Shown piece after piece: positions 1 to 8,443 of a DNA stretch of 64,000 nt (positions are counted from its first letter, which is position 1; every line of letters begins with the position of its first letter). This stretch comes from a virus. Below the pieces are notes generated by a model that had not been told where the DNA came from, searched no databases, and saw only the letters and a program-made list of their open reading frames with translations. A program made the translations under genes and the position numbers. The DNA is taken from the IMG/VR virus record IMGVR_UViG_3300044844_000928; one strand, written 5' to 3'.

Positions 1-107
1 TTGTTTGATGATAAAATATCAACAAAACCATTTTCAGTTTCAACTTCCCAATCTGATACGTCAAACGATTCTATAAATTTTTTAGTTATTGTTTCAGAAA
101 GTTTCAT
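1..107 (-). CDS. Terminase large subunit, C-terminal half beginning with a split-intein C-fragment (runs off the window)
   Basis: Not in the ORF track. ATG at 107 overlaps the upstream TGA (ATGA) and reads MKLSETITKKFIESFDVSDWEVETENGFVDILSSN; WEVETENGFVDI resembles the intein beta-strand motif (cf. IEVTSPDGWVNV in the gp41 intein). Confidence 0.75.
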   Translation of the reverse strand, partial: MKLSETITKKFIESFDVSDWEVETENGFVDILSSN

Positions 108-1168
108 TTATTAAAGGTAATTTTAAATTTGTTATTTGCATAATTTTTATCAGATAATGTTTTAAATTTATCTAATAATAATTCCTGATTGTTTTCTGTT
201 ATAATTTCTGTCCAACCAAATACACCATAATCTACTTTTTCTATAGTTTGTTGGTATTCAAGTTTCAATAACTGTTCTATTTGAAATGCATGTTTTATTG
301 AATCTACCATCTCAAATAATAAAACAACATGCCCAGTTAAATGTCTTTTATTGTATCTGGCGTATATTGAATTTTTTGATGTTATTCCAATTTTATATTT
401 GTTGTCGCACAATTTAATTATGTAAAAATTTCCTGGTTCAGTTAAATCCTTTCCCCATAACGTTTTAAAATTGATTTTCGTTGATTTTAGGCTATTGATT
501 TTATCAATTTCTTCTTGAGACTTAGAGTTTAAGATATGCTGCCATTTGTCTTGGCGATCCTGCCAAATTTTAGTTCCTTCTTCAACTCCATACTTTTCCA
601 TACAAATTTCTAAAGAGAATGTGGTTTGCCTTTCACGCAAAGCGTCAATTGCTTTATCTTCACTCATACCACGTTTAATGTAATATTCTACTGTGCATGG
701 ATTATTATGATTCTCTTCTTTAGTTTGAACGGCTTGCTCTTTAAGGTTCTCTATGTATTCGTCGCCTTTATAATTAATGAAATTTTTGCTGAATGGCGAT
801 AATTTACCGCCGTGTTGATAAGCAGGATTTTTGTCACCTGTCATAGCGTCAACAAAATTTTTACATTTAATCCCACCGTATAATTGAGTGTAATCCTTTG
901 TTGAAATTTTATGGATTCTAATATGTGAACCAATATCAGCCGCCCGTAGACCACAAAGTTTACACTCAACATATGTATTTGGATCAGCACTTTCAGGAAA
1001 TTTTAATAATGACGATTTTAGCCTAGCATTATTTTCATAATCTTTTTTGTGCTGATGCTTACATTCAGGTGAACATAATTTACTATTAAATGAACCAAAA
1101 AATTCTGTATTACACTGCACACATGTAATTTTAACTACATTTTTTATGGAACTCTTCTGCTGTGACAA
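104..1168 (-). CDS. Free-standing homing endonuclease (Zn-finger/NUMOD-like N-terminus; GIY-YIG/T5orf172-like C-terminus)
   Basis: CxxC clusters, GDKNPAY motif and FYIIKL...YKIGIT motif; lies between the two terminase halves. Confidence 0.75.
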   Translation of the reverse strand: MSQQKSSIKNVVKITCVQCNTEFFGSFNSKLCSPECKHQHKKDYENNARLKSSLLKFPESADPNTYVECKLCGLRAADIGSHIRIHKISTKDYTQLYGGIKCKNFVDAMTGDKNPAYQHGGKLSPFSKNFINYKGDEYIENLKEQAVQTKEENHNNPCTVEYYIKRGMSEDKAIDALRERQTTFSLEICMEKYGVEEGTKIWQDRQDKWQHILNSKSQEEIDKINSLKSTKINFKTLWGKDLTEPGNFYIIKLCDNKYKIGITSKNSIYARYNKRHLTGHVVLLFEMVDSIKHAFQIEQLLKLEYQQTIEKVDYGVFGWTEIITENNQELLLDKFKTLSDKNYANNKFKITFNK

Positions 1169-1484
1169 TTTGGGTTTCTCCTGTAATTTTATTCCTTACA
1201 GTATATGTAGTATCCTTTTCAACGCATTTACCCTGTTGGCGACTAAACATTCCAGCGACCTTTCTATTTGTATGAATAGCGTTGATGAATCTTTGTTGGT
1301 ATTCATACAAATCAAAATTAACAAATCCTCTATCTAACGAAACAACCTTACAGTATGTTCTTATGAAGTAGACAGGATCGTTTTTACATTTAATGTATTC
1401 TTCGAGTCGCTCTGCGGTAAACTCAATTGGTAACCCAACCTGCTTTAAATTTCGGTTGCCGTTATATCCATTGTTTATATCCAT
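1131..1484 (-). CDS. gp17: Terminase large subunit gp17, N-terminal fragment fused to a 31-aa split-intein N-fragment
   Basis: YNGNRNLK, EYIKCKNDPVYF, LYEYQ and Walker A SRQQGK, followed directly by CVEKDT (intein block A) and a stop. Confidence 0.92.
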   Translation of the reverse strand: MDINNGYNGNRNLKQVGLPIEFTAERLEEYIKCKNDPVYFIRTYCKVVSLDRGFVNFDLYEYQQRFINAIHTNRKVAGMFSRQQGKCVEKDTTYTVRNKITGETQIVTAEEFHKKCS

Positions 1485-1532
1485 TATATCCTCAGTATTT
1501 TATTCACTGTAAATTATTTAATAAAATAAAAC

Positions 1533-1600
1533 TTTACTTTATACGTCCAAACACGTATAATAGCCTAGTCGGGCGTGAATTGAGGTTAAGCGCTTAAAAA
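1533..1600 (+). repeat. Copy 1 of promoter plus conserved 39-bp element
   Basis: TTTACT-N17-TATAAT then agcctagtcgggcgtgaattgaggttaagcgcttaaaaa; identical core at 26643-26681 and, inverted, at 56653-56691. Confidence 0.95.
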
Positions 1601-1624
1601 TATCATTAAGCCTTAAAATAAAGC

Positions 1625-1652
1625 TTTACTTTTGAGTCATTTAAGGTATAAT
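1625..1652 (+). promoter_or_regulatory. Early promoter
   Basis: TTTACT-N16-TATAAT with an A-rich upstream tract. Confidence 0.85.
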
Positions 1653-1695
1653 AGATCGTAATGAAGTTATCTTTAGTTAAATTGGAGTGTAAATT

Positions 1696-2091
1696 ATGAA
1701 ATCAGCATACGAAGTAGCGTTAGGACTAGTTGAAGCATTAGAAAAACCAAATAGTAATTCTCAAACAATGGAGTTAACTAATAAGTATTACAAACAAACC
1801 AATCCTAATTTATGGGATCAGCCTTTTGCTGATAACGATATCCAGTTTACAAAATTGTTTGAGATTGTAGAATTAACTCAACGTGAAAAAGATATAATGT
1901 ATGTCAGTAATTTCTTTCACTCATCCTATACCACATTACATGTTAAAATATTGACATTAGGCGATAAACCTACCGAAGTAGATATTTATGAATTAAAACG
2001 CACATTTTCTGCTTTAACTAGGTTAAACTGTTTAGATGTATTATTGAACGGTAAAATTACTGAATACGAATTTTTATCTTTATTAGGTTAA
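1696..2091 (+). CDS. Hypothetical early protein
   Basis: ORF with GGAG RBS after an early promoter. Confidence 0.7.
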   Translation: MKSAYEVALGLVEALEKPNSNSQTMELTNKYYKQTNPNLWDQPFADNDIQFTKLFEIVELTQREKDIMYVSNFFHSSYTTLHVKILTLGDKPTEVDIYELKRTFSALTRLNCLDVLLNGKITEYEFLSLLG

Positions 2092-2095
2092 CACT

Positions 2096-2641
2096 ATGAA
2101 TATTTTTTATCTTGACAATGACCAGTCTGTATGTGCCAAATATCATGTTGACAAACATGTCGTCAAAATGATTCTTGAATATTCGCAGTTATTATCAACT
2201 GCGCATCGTGTTTTAGACGGCGTTGAAACTGCGGCTGTTTCAGCTTCAGGTCGTAATAAAAAAGTTTGGAAACTTAACAATTCATATGATGGTATTTTAT
2301 ACGCCGCGACTCATATAAATCACCCATCTGCTATTTGGGTTCGTCATGGGTTTGAAAATTATCAATGGCTTCATTCTTTACTTGTAGAGTTGTGTAAAGA
2401 ATATACCTATCGATATGGTAAAACTCATAAATGTGAGCGTACAGGCTTAGTTGATAAATTACAGTATGCTCCATTTAATATTTCGACTAAATTATTTACC
2501 GAGCCAACGCCGGCTATGCCAGTTGACTATATCATCAAAGGTGACTCTCTTCAGTCATATCGTAACTATTACAATGGCAGTAAAACTAAATTACACAGCT
2601 GGAAACAACGACCTGTTCCTAATTTTATTAAAATAATTTAA
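2096..2641 (+). CDS. Pyrimidine-dimer DNA glycosylase-like (DenV/Pyr_excise-related) protein
   Basis: MNIFYLD...HVDKHVVKMILEYSQLLSTAH, THINHPSAIW, YRNYY motifs. Confidence 0.7.
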   Translation: MNIFYLDNDQSVCAKYHVDKHVVKMILEYSQLLSTAHRVLDGVETAAVSASGRNKKVWKLNNSYDGILYAATHINHPSAIWVRHGFENYQWLHSLLVELCKEYTYRYGKTHKCERTGLVDKLQYAPFNISTKLFTEPTPAMPVDYIIKGDSLQSYRNYYNGSKTKLHSWKQRPVPNFIKII

Positions 2642-2727
2642 AATAAAGCTTTACTTTTAAAAAAAACATAGTATAATAGACCGTAATGAAGTTAAACCTT
2701 AATGAATTATCCGGAGTGTATATTATG
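2641..2727 (+). promoter_or_regulatory. Repeated early promoter-leader-RBS cassette
   Basis: aaagcTTTACTttt...gTATAATaga..gtaatgaagttaaaccttaatgaattat..GGAG..atg; near-identical copies at about 17731 and 18171. Confidence 0.9.
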
Positions 2728-3102
2728 TCTACAAATTCTTCTATCGCTGTTATTCGTAAAGATGGTTCAGTTATTCAAATATTTTGTCATTGGGACGGTT
2801 CTATTGAACATAACGGTAAAGTGTTGTTTGAGAACTATAATAACCAAGAAAAGGCAGAAGCGCTTGTTCTTGCTGGTAATTTATTATCATTAGGCGCTAC
2901 GTTAGAAGAATGTAGACATGAGTTTGTTCATTACAATTCTTTTAAAGATTATGATTCTTATTATAAAACTTTTTTGGAAGAAGATTTTGATGATGAATTT
3001 AATTACTACTTCGATGAACATGGTATCTGGAACGTCAGAACTAAAGGCGAACGAAACTTTATGTGGTTAGAATGGGAATTAATTACTGATGAGGAACTTT
3101 AA
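2725..3102 (+). CDS. Conserved phage hypothetical protein
   Basis: True start after GGAG (MSTNSSIA...IFCHWDG); the MKLNLNEL extension is an artefact of the promoter repeat. Confidence 0.75.
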   Translation: MSTNSSIAVIRKDGSVIQIFCHWDGSIEHNGKVLFENYNNQEKAEALVLAGNLLSLGATLEECRHEFVHYNSFKDYDSYYKTFLEEDFDDEFNYYFDEHGIWNVRTKGERNFMWLEWELITDEEL

Positions 3103-3410
3103 TGATTACGGCTAAAGAAGCAGGAAAAAAATCAAATAATGCTATTAAGCAACGTGAAGCGGAAATGCAACAATTGGTTGACCAATGTATCCCTACTATT
3201 GAAGCGGCTATTAATACCGCCACTGAAAATGGCTTAATTTCTTTAGATATTGAGCACTATAAATTTCCTATTGCGTTATCTTTAGATGTGATGCACGCAT
3301 TATGCGATATGTTGAGACAACACGGTTATGTCGTTTCAGTTTGTCCTGTTCAAGAAAGTATTACAATATCTTGGCACCAAGAAAATCAAATTTATACCAA
3401 ACGACTTTAA
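3102..3410 (+). CDS. Hypothetical protein
   Basis: TAATG-coupled ORF. Confidence 0.65.
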   Translation: MITAKEAGKKSNNAIKQREAEMQQLVDQCIPTIEAAINTATENGLISLDIEHYKFPIALSLDVMHALCDMLRQHGYVVSVCPVQESITISWHQENQIYTKRL

Positions 3411-3423
3411 GGCTTTACTTTCA

Positions 3424-3741
3424 ATGAAAAAAGTATTATTATTGCTATTGCTGACTGGAAACGTATTTGCAGATGATACGGTTTACCCTGAGATTCAGTA
3501 TGATATTCCAAAATCTAAATGGGAAAAAGCGCCTAAGTTTTATTCATCTGGTAAATGTAAAGATCCTATGAACCTAGTTGAAACTTGTAAATCTAAACGA
3601 TTGGTTGAAGCTGAAGTCAAACAAAAGATTTTCTTTAATACACATAAACAGTGTTCAAAATGGAAATATGTTAAACTAAATGAGAGCTGTGTCAATAAAC
3701 CATCTAATGTAGATAAGAAATGGAAAAAGACGAATCATTAA
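3424..3741 (+). CDS. Hypothetical secreted Cys-containing protein
   Basis: MKKVLLLLLLTGNVFA signal-peptide-like start; 4 Cys. Confidence 0.55.
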   Translation: MKKVLLLLLLTGNVFADDTVYPEIQYDIPKSKWEKAPKFYSSGKCKDPMNLVETCKSKRLVEAEVKQKIFFNTHKQCSKWKYVKLNESCVNKPSNVDKKWKKTNH

Positions 3742-3959
3742 TACCGGCGGGTGACTATTGTTATAAATTCACCGGCGAGAAAACACCAGATGGATTTCTG
3801 GCTATAAATGTTTGTCCTTACTGGACTTGGCATACAGATAAAGATTACGAACAAAACGGATATTGTGAGTTTCTTGATATTGGAGACTGGATGGATAATG
3901 GATATATAACTTGGTTGTTTGACCACCAGAAAATTTGCGAAATAAATGAAGATGAGTGA
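3720..3959 (+). CDS. Hypothetical Cys-rich protein
   Basis: IPAGDYCY...CPYW...GYCEFL...KICEIN. Confidence 0.6.
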   Translation: MEKDESLIPAGDYCYKFTGEKTPDGFLAINVCPYWTWHTDKDYEQNGYCEFLDIGDWMDNGYITWLFDHQKICEINEDE

Positions 3960-4092
3960 TGATGAAATGAAGGTAATCTACAACGAAATGCTAGATATGT
4001 TTGGCACTTTACCTAACCATAAACAAGAGCCTTTACGGTTTGCGCATTACGTTAGGCTTTACCGCTATTACAAAAGCAAGGAATCAAAATGA
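3952..4092 (+). CDS. Small hypothetical protein (46 aa)
   Basis: ATG at 3952 to TGA overlapping the next ATG; below the ORF-track cutoff. Confidence 0.55.
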   Translation: MSDDEMKVIYNEMLDMFGTLPNHKQEPLRFAHYVRLYRYYKSKESK

Positions 4093-4397
4093 GTGAATAT
4101 TATCCTGATAAATGGGTTATCGTTAATATTGCTACTCCAGAATATAGAATCAGAAAAGTATTAGGTTCTTGGTGCGGCGGGTTTTATAGCGGAGATAGTT
4201 ACAGATTGAGCAGTGGTATTACTGAAACTATTGACAAAGGTAGCTACTACGAAATTCATAATGAATCTGGCAGTATCTATAACTGCTATAAAGACAATTT
4301 TGGTATGAGCTTATTTACATCAGGCGTTTATGATAGTATGTTACAAAATATTCCGGATGATGTGAATATGTATGTTGAAGTGTTTCCTGGAACATAA
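4089..4397 (+). CDS. Conserved phage hypothetical protein
   Basis: YYPDKWVIV...SWCGGFYSGDSYRLSSGI...ESGSIYNC. Confidence 0.7.
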   Translation: MSEYYPDKWVIVNIATPEYRIRKVLGSWCGGFYSGDSYRLSSGITETIDKGSYYEIHNESGSIYNCYKDNFGMSLFTSGVYDSMLQNIPDDVNMYVEVFPGT

Positions 4398-4417
4398 CTT
4401 TTAATAATAGGCTAAAA

Positions 4418-4612
4418 ATGAACGAAGAATTTATTGAACGATTAAAAAAATTAGCCGCTATGGAATCGTGGGCTGATGAAATATACAGCGATTCTAGTGT
4501 AGTAGATGACTTTGCTGCAGGAAACGTTGATGACGCATTTTGGGGAGGGCATCGCTCTGGAGAAATTCAATTAGCGCGTGATGTACTGAGTGCTCTTGAC
4601 ATAGAATGGTAG
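4418..4612 (+). CDS. Hypothetical protein
   Basis: ORF with RBS; shares the taggctaaaaatgaacgaa start context with 4620. Confidence 0.6.
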   Translation: MNEEFIERLKKLAAMESWADEIYSDSSVVDDFAAGNVDDAFWGGHRSGEIQLARDVLSALDIEW

Positions 4613-4619
4613 GCTAAAA

Positions 4620-5048
4620 ATGAACGAAGTGCTTCAAAAACTTGACGATGAAGCTTGTGACTACGCCACCTCAAAGGTAGACGACAATGACGAAGATTGG
4701 AGCTTTCAATGGGACAGAGACCACACGACTAAGTTTGCCGAGTTAATCATTAAAGATTGTGTTAGTGTATGGAATGCAATCGATAACGGTAATGAAATTT
4801 CCGGAACTAGATATTTCCCTGAAGCATTATTTACAAGATACGGGATTAATGTGAAAAAAGAACTCACTAATATAACATATCCATGTTTAGGTTGTTATCC
4901 TTCTGGTGCTGTTGTGTTGTTCACTTCTTTAACGAAAGGAACATTACTGCGTGGAGGTAATGACTCAACCCTAGCTATAGGTGTTACAAATTCTAATTAT
5001 ACACCAGACTGGGTTCCATTCAAGGGTAAATTTGTTATGGAAAATTAA
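4620..5048 (+). CDS. Hypothetical protein
   Basis: ORF in the early cluster. Confidence 0.6.
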   Translation: MNEVLQKLDDEACDYATSKVDDNDEDWSFQWDRDHTTKFAELIIKDCVSVWNAIDNGNEISGTRYFPEALFTRYGINVKKELTNITYPCLGCYPSGAVVLFTSLTKGTLLRGGNDSTLAIGVTNSNYTPDWVPFKGKFVMEN

Positions 5049-5051
5049 AGC

Positions 5052-5080
5052 TTTACTTTTATATGTCGCCATAATATAAT
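5052..5080 (+). promoter_or_regulatory. Early promoter
   Basis: TTTACT-N17-TATAAT. Confidence 0.8.
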
Positions 5081-5092
5081 ATATTTTTAATT

Positions 5093-5377
5093 ATGAATAG
5101 GTGGTACAAAATGGAAATAACTCATGATGAATTTATAGAAAAATATGCTAATGTTAGAGTACATTTTGCATCTTACTACAAATACTCTTTCACATATGTG
5201 GGAATTACTGAAGACAAAATCATAGTATCTGTAGATTATGGTGGGCATGCTGATTACATTTACCGAGTAGAGGTAGGCGCTAACGATTCATTTTTATTGG
5301 GCGAAACCAGTAAAACATTCAGATGCGGTAAAGCATCAAAACATGGTGAAACGATTGATGTATTTTATTATTTCTGA
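5093..5377 (+). CDS. Hypothetical protein
   Basis: ORF downstream of a promoter; may start at 5111. Confidence 0.6.
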   Translation: MNRWYKMEITHDEFIEKYANVRVHFASYYKYSFTYVGITEDKIIVSVDYGGHADYIYRVEVGANDSFLLGETSKTFRCGKASKHGETIDVFYYF

Positions 5378-5419
5378 AAGAATACTATGTTTAAATTATC
5401 TAGAGAATAAATTTTTATT

Positions 5420-5587
5420 ATGAATATATATCACATGTTATTAGTTATTTTTATAACTTTAAAAGTAACAAACTATATAGACTGGTCATGGTGGTTAGTA
5501 TTTACACCAATTTACGCGGCGTTTGTAGTTGGCTTATTGCTCGAATTTGTGGAATCAAAATATCCAGAAAAATTCAATTTATGGTAA
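5420..5587 (+). CDS. Small membrane protein
   Basis: Hydrophobic; IDWSWWLVFTPIY motif. Confidence 0.55.
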   Translation: MNIYHMLLVIFITLKVTNYIDWSWWLVFTPIYAAFVVGLLLEFVESKYPEKFNLW

Positions 5588-5629
5588 AATACACCAAATT
5601 TAGTTTGGTTTAACTGGTTTTAAAATACT

Positions 5630-5884
5630 ATGGAGAAAAATATGACAAACAAAATAAGAATTTTTGCTAACAACAGCTTATCTGATATTGTAATCAATAA
5701 ACAGCATATTATATGTATGGTTATTGAAAAACAGGAATCTGAAAAGGGTAGCTATCATATGCTTGAAATTTGTTTTACTGCTGGTACGATGCGTTTTCAT
5801 AGCGACCAAAATAACAGAGATGATGAATATTTGGAAAATTCTATACTTTGGTCAATCCATAATCAATGGGCAAGTAGCGAGTAA
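5630..5884 (+). CDS. Hypothetical protein
   Basis: ORF; probable start at 5642 after GGAG. Confidence 0.55.
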   Translation: MEKNMTNKIRIFANNSLSDIVINKQHIICMVIEKQESEKGSYHMLEICFTAGTMRFHSDQNNRDDEYLENSILWSIHNQWASSE

Positions 5885-5887
5885 TTC

Positions 5888-6370
5888 ATGCATAAACACT
5901 TACCATTTGAACAATGTATAGAGTTAGCCGGTGAAGAGCCGGCTGAGGTTGAGCCTATATTAAACTGGGTTTGTTCTAGAAATGGCACACTAACTTATTT
6001 TGATTCACAAAATGCGGCTGAAGTTCACGGCGGGGTTATTCAAGAAGTTGTTATTAATGAGAAGGAACTCGAAAAATATAAAGAGCTATATAAAGAATAT
6101 GCTGGAAGAGTACACGAAATTTGGTTTGAAAACTTGTATAAAGAATTTGAACAGTACGGCTTAAATGACTCTTTCTGGGATATATATCAATACATTGAAG
6201 CAGAGCATGAATACCATTTAGATTTTATCGATCCTGATGAAATTTATATTTCAATGTTAAAAATGGTAGAAGTTGTGTTAGCACCGTTTACTGATAATGT
6301 TCTTAAACAAGTGTCAACTACAAGAAACGCCTTTTATTTTAAAACGTCCTCTGGGTACACCAAACTGTAA
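5888..6370 (+). CDS. Hypothetical protein
   Basis: ORF in co-directional cluster. Confidence 0.55.
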   Translation: MHKHLPFEQCIELAGEEPAEVEPILNWVCSRNGTLTYFDSQNAAEVHGGVIQEVVINEKELEKYKELYKEYAGRVHEIWFENLYKEFEQYGLNDSFWDIYQYIEAEHEYHLDFIDPDEIYISMLKMVEVVLAPFTDNVLKQVSTTRNAFYFKTSSGYTKL

Positions 6371-6379
6371 GGAAACAAA

Positions 6380-6709
6380 ATGTCAACATTTCAAGAATTT
6401 AGAGAATTAGTATTAGAAGAAGCTTTGAACGAAGCGAAAAAAGATACGAGCATTCTTCATCACTCAACATATACTTCAGCAGTTCAACATGCTCAAGCGC
6501 AAGCTAACGCTAAAGGTTACACCATTCCAGATGACGAATGGCACGACAAAATTACTGTTGGTCCAGGTAAGCCTAAAGACGGTGAAACTACTCGTCACAG
6601 TTTAGCGCTTGAAAAAGATGGTAAACCAAGCAAAAAAGCTTTACATATTCAAGTTTATAATCGCGGTACAAATACAAATCCTTACGAATTGAATCACTAT
6701 ATCAATTAA
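6380..6709 (+). CDS. Putative internal head protein with capsid-targeting-like N-terminus
   Basis: MSTFQEFRELVLEEALNE resembles the T4 internal-protein leader MKTYQEFIAE plus an LxE cleavage site. Confidence 0.6.
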   Translation: MSTFQEFRELVLEEALNEAKKDTSILHHSTYTSAVQHAQAQANAKGYTIPDDEWHDKITVGPGKPKDGETTRHSLALEKDGKPSKKALHIQVYNRGTNTNPYELNHYIN

Positions 6710-6715
6710 TGTTTG

Positions 6716-6743
6716 TGGCTGGGTGTAAAAGCCCAGCCATTTT
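6716..6743 (+). terminator. Hairpin, probable terminator
   Basis: tggctggg / cccagcca stem followed by tttt. Confidence 0.55.
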
Positions 6744-6759
6744 AATCACACAAGGTAAT

Positions 6760-6972
6760 ATGACAAATAAACCACACTGGAAAGATGCTCCTGATTGGGC
6801 GAATTATTTAGGCAATGATATTTATGGTGCAACAGTAGAATGGTGGTGGTTTGAAGAAGAACCATTTAGAACAGATACGGGGTATGATGTTAAACATGGA
6901 AGATACCAAAAGGCTATTGACGCAACAGTTCCTACTTTGATACTAGAAACAAGACCTTTACTTTTCAATTGA
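6760..6972 (+). CDS. Hypothetical protein
   Basis: MTNKPHWKDAPDWANYL...WWWFEEEP. Confidence 0.6.
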   Translation: MTNKPHWKDAPDWANYLGNDIYGATVEWWWFEEEPFRTDTGYDVKHGRYQKAIDATVPTLILETRPLLFN

Positions 6973-6985
6973 AATCATTTATAAT
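6957..6985 (+). promoter_or_regulatory. Promoter for uvsX
   Basis: TTTACT-N17-TATAAT. Confidence 0.8.
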
Positions 6986-7008
6986 TGTATTTTTGATTAA
7001 GGAACATT

Positions 7009-8079
7009 ATGAGTATATTAGAAAAACTGAAAAAAAATTCAACTATTAAAGAAACCGCTATTCTTAGTGAATCCAAATTCTTCACTAAAGCAGATATGGT
7101 TCAAACTACAGTTCCAGCATTAAATATCGCTTTGAGTGGTTCATTAGACGGCGGGTTAACTCCTTCATTATTCGTTATAGCCGGTAAATCTAAACATTTT
7201 AAAACATCATTTTCGTTAGTGATGGCGAAAAGCTATCTTGACAAATACCCAGAATCAGTCTTACTTTTTTATGATTCTGAGTTTGGTTCTCCTCAAGCTT
7301 ACTTCAGTTCATTTGGTATTGATACCAGCCGTGTTCTTCATACACCTATTATGGATGTTGAAGAACTTAAATTCGATATTATGGCACAAATGAAAAATAT
7401 CGAACGAAATGATAAGGTTATTATCATCATTGATTCAATAGGTAACTTAGCTTCTAAAAAAGAAGTTGAAGATGCTATCAATGAAAAATCAGTAGCAGAT
7501 ATGTCTCGTGCTAAACAGTTAAAATCTCTTTTCCGTATGGTTACTCCATACTTGACCACTAAAGATATTCCGTTAATTGCTATCAATCATACCTACGATA
7601 CGCAAGAAATGTATAGTAAAGCGGTTGTATCAGGTGGCACTGGTATTTATTATTCTGCTTCAACAATCTGGATTATTGGTCGTCAGCAAGAAAAAGAAGG
7701 CACTGAAGTCGTAGGGTATAATTTTGTCATTAACATTGAAAAATCACGATTTGTTAAAGAAAAATCTAAGATCCCTATTACTGTTTCTTGGGATGGCGGT
7801 ATTTCTACTTGGTCTGGTTTATTAGATATTGCTTTAGAATCCGGCGCGGTTATTAAGCCTAGCAACGGCTGGTATCAAAAAGTGAATTTAGATACTGGTG
7901 AGTTAGAAGAAAAGAAATATCGTGCTAAAGAAACTAACACTAAAGAGTTTTGGTTGCCGGTATTAAAGCAGGCTAAATTTAGATCTTGGATTGAAGATAC
8001 CTATAAAATTGCTTGTGGTCAAATGATATCAGATGACAGTATAGTTGATGAATTAGAAGATATCGATACTGAAATCTAA
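7009..8079 (+). CDS. uvsX: RecA-like recombinase UvsX
   Basis: AGKSKHFKT, FYDSEFG, IDSIGNLASKKE, SGGTGIYYSA. Confidence 0.97.
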   Translation: MSILEKLKKNSTIKETAILSESKFFTKADMVQTTVPALNIALSGSLDGGLTPSLFVIAGKSKHFKTSFSLVMAKSYLDKYPESVLLFYDSEFGSPQAYFSSFGIDTSRVLHTPIMDVEELKFDIMAQMKNIERNDKVIIIIDSIGNLASKKEVEDAINEKSVADMSRAKQLKSLFRMVTPYLTTKDIPLIAINHTYDTQEMYSKAVVSGGTGIYYSASTIWIIGRQQEKEGTEVVGYNFVINIEKSRFVKEKSKIPITVSWDGGISTWSGLLDIALESGAVIKPSNGWYQKVNLDTGELEEKKYRAKETNTKEFWLPVLKQAKFRSWIEDTYKIACGQMISDDSIVDELEDIDTEI

Positions 8080-8082
8080 AAC

Positions 8083-8111
8083 TTTACTTTGTAAAAACAA
8101 AAGCGTATAAT
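8083..8111 (+). promoter_or_regulatory. Promoter
   Basis: TTTACT-N17-TATAAT. Confidence 0.8.
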
Positions 8112-8151
8112 GTTAATTCGTTATACGCTATTTTCATTTTATGGGAACATT

Positions 8152-8433
8152 ATGATAAATTACCAAGCAATAAATTATATCGATAAAACCGGCTCTGAAG
8201 TTACCGCAATCGAGTTTGACTTTTTAACAGAAAATGAATCTATCTATTGTGTACTTACATATGATGATGTAAAATTCGTTGAGATACCAGATGAGGATGG
8301 TGGTATGTTAGAATTTAATTATGTTTTACAAGAAGGGCATATTCCTGAAGATGATTTGATGACATTTAAGAAAATGATTGGTGATATTTTGGTTGATATT
8401 ATTACCACAGGAATTGAAAACATTAAAGCTTAA
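8152..8433 (+). CDS. gp40: Probable head vertex assembly chaperone gp40
   Basis: Small acidic ORF in the uvsX-40-41 position; LEFNY...IGDILVDII. Confidence 0.6.
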   Translation: MINYQAINYIDKTGSEVTAIEFDFLTENESIYCVLTYDDVKFVEIPDEDGGMLEFNYVLQEGHIPEDDLMTFKKMIGDILVDIITTGIENIKA

Positions 8434-8443
8434 CAGGACTGAT

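Noticed and set aside
1562-1600. CRISPR repeat
   Set aside because: Copies are tens of kb apart, with no spacer array and no cas operon; the Cas4-like gene is an ordinary phage exonuclease.
2686-2724. Apparent protein family starting MKLNLNEL (ORFs 2686, 17776, 18215)
   Set aside because: This is translation of the repeated promoter leader; the real starts follow the GGAG RBS.
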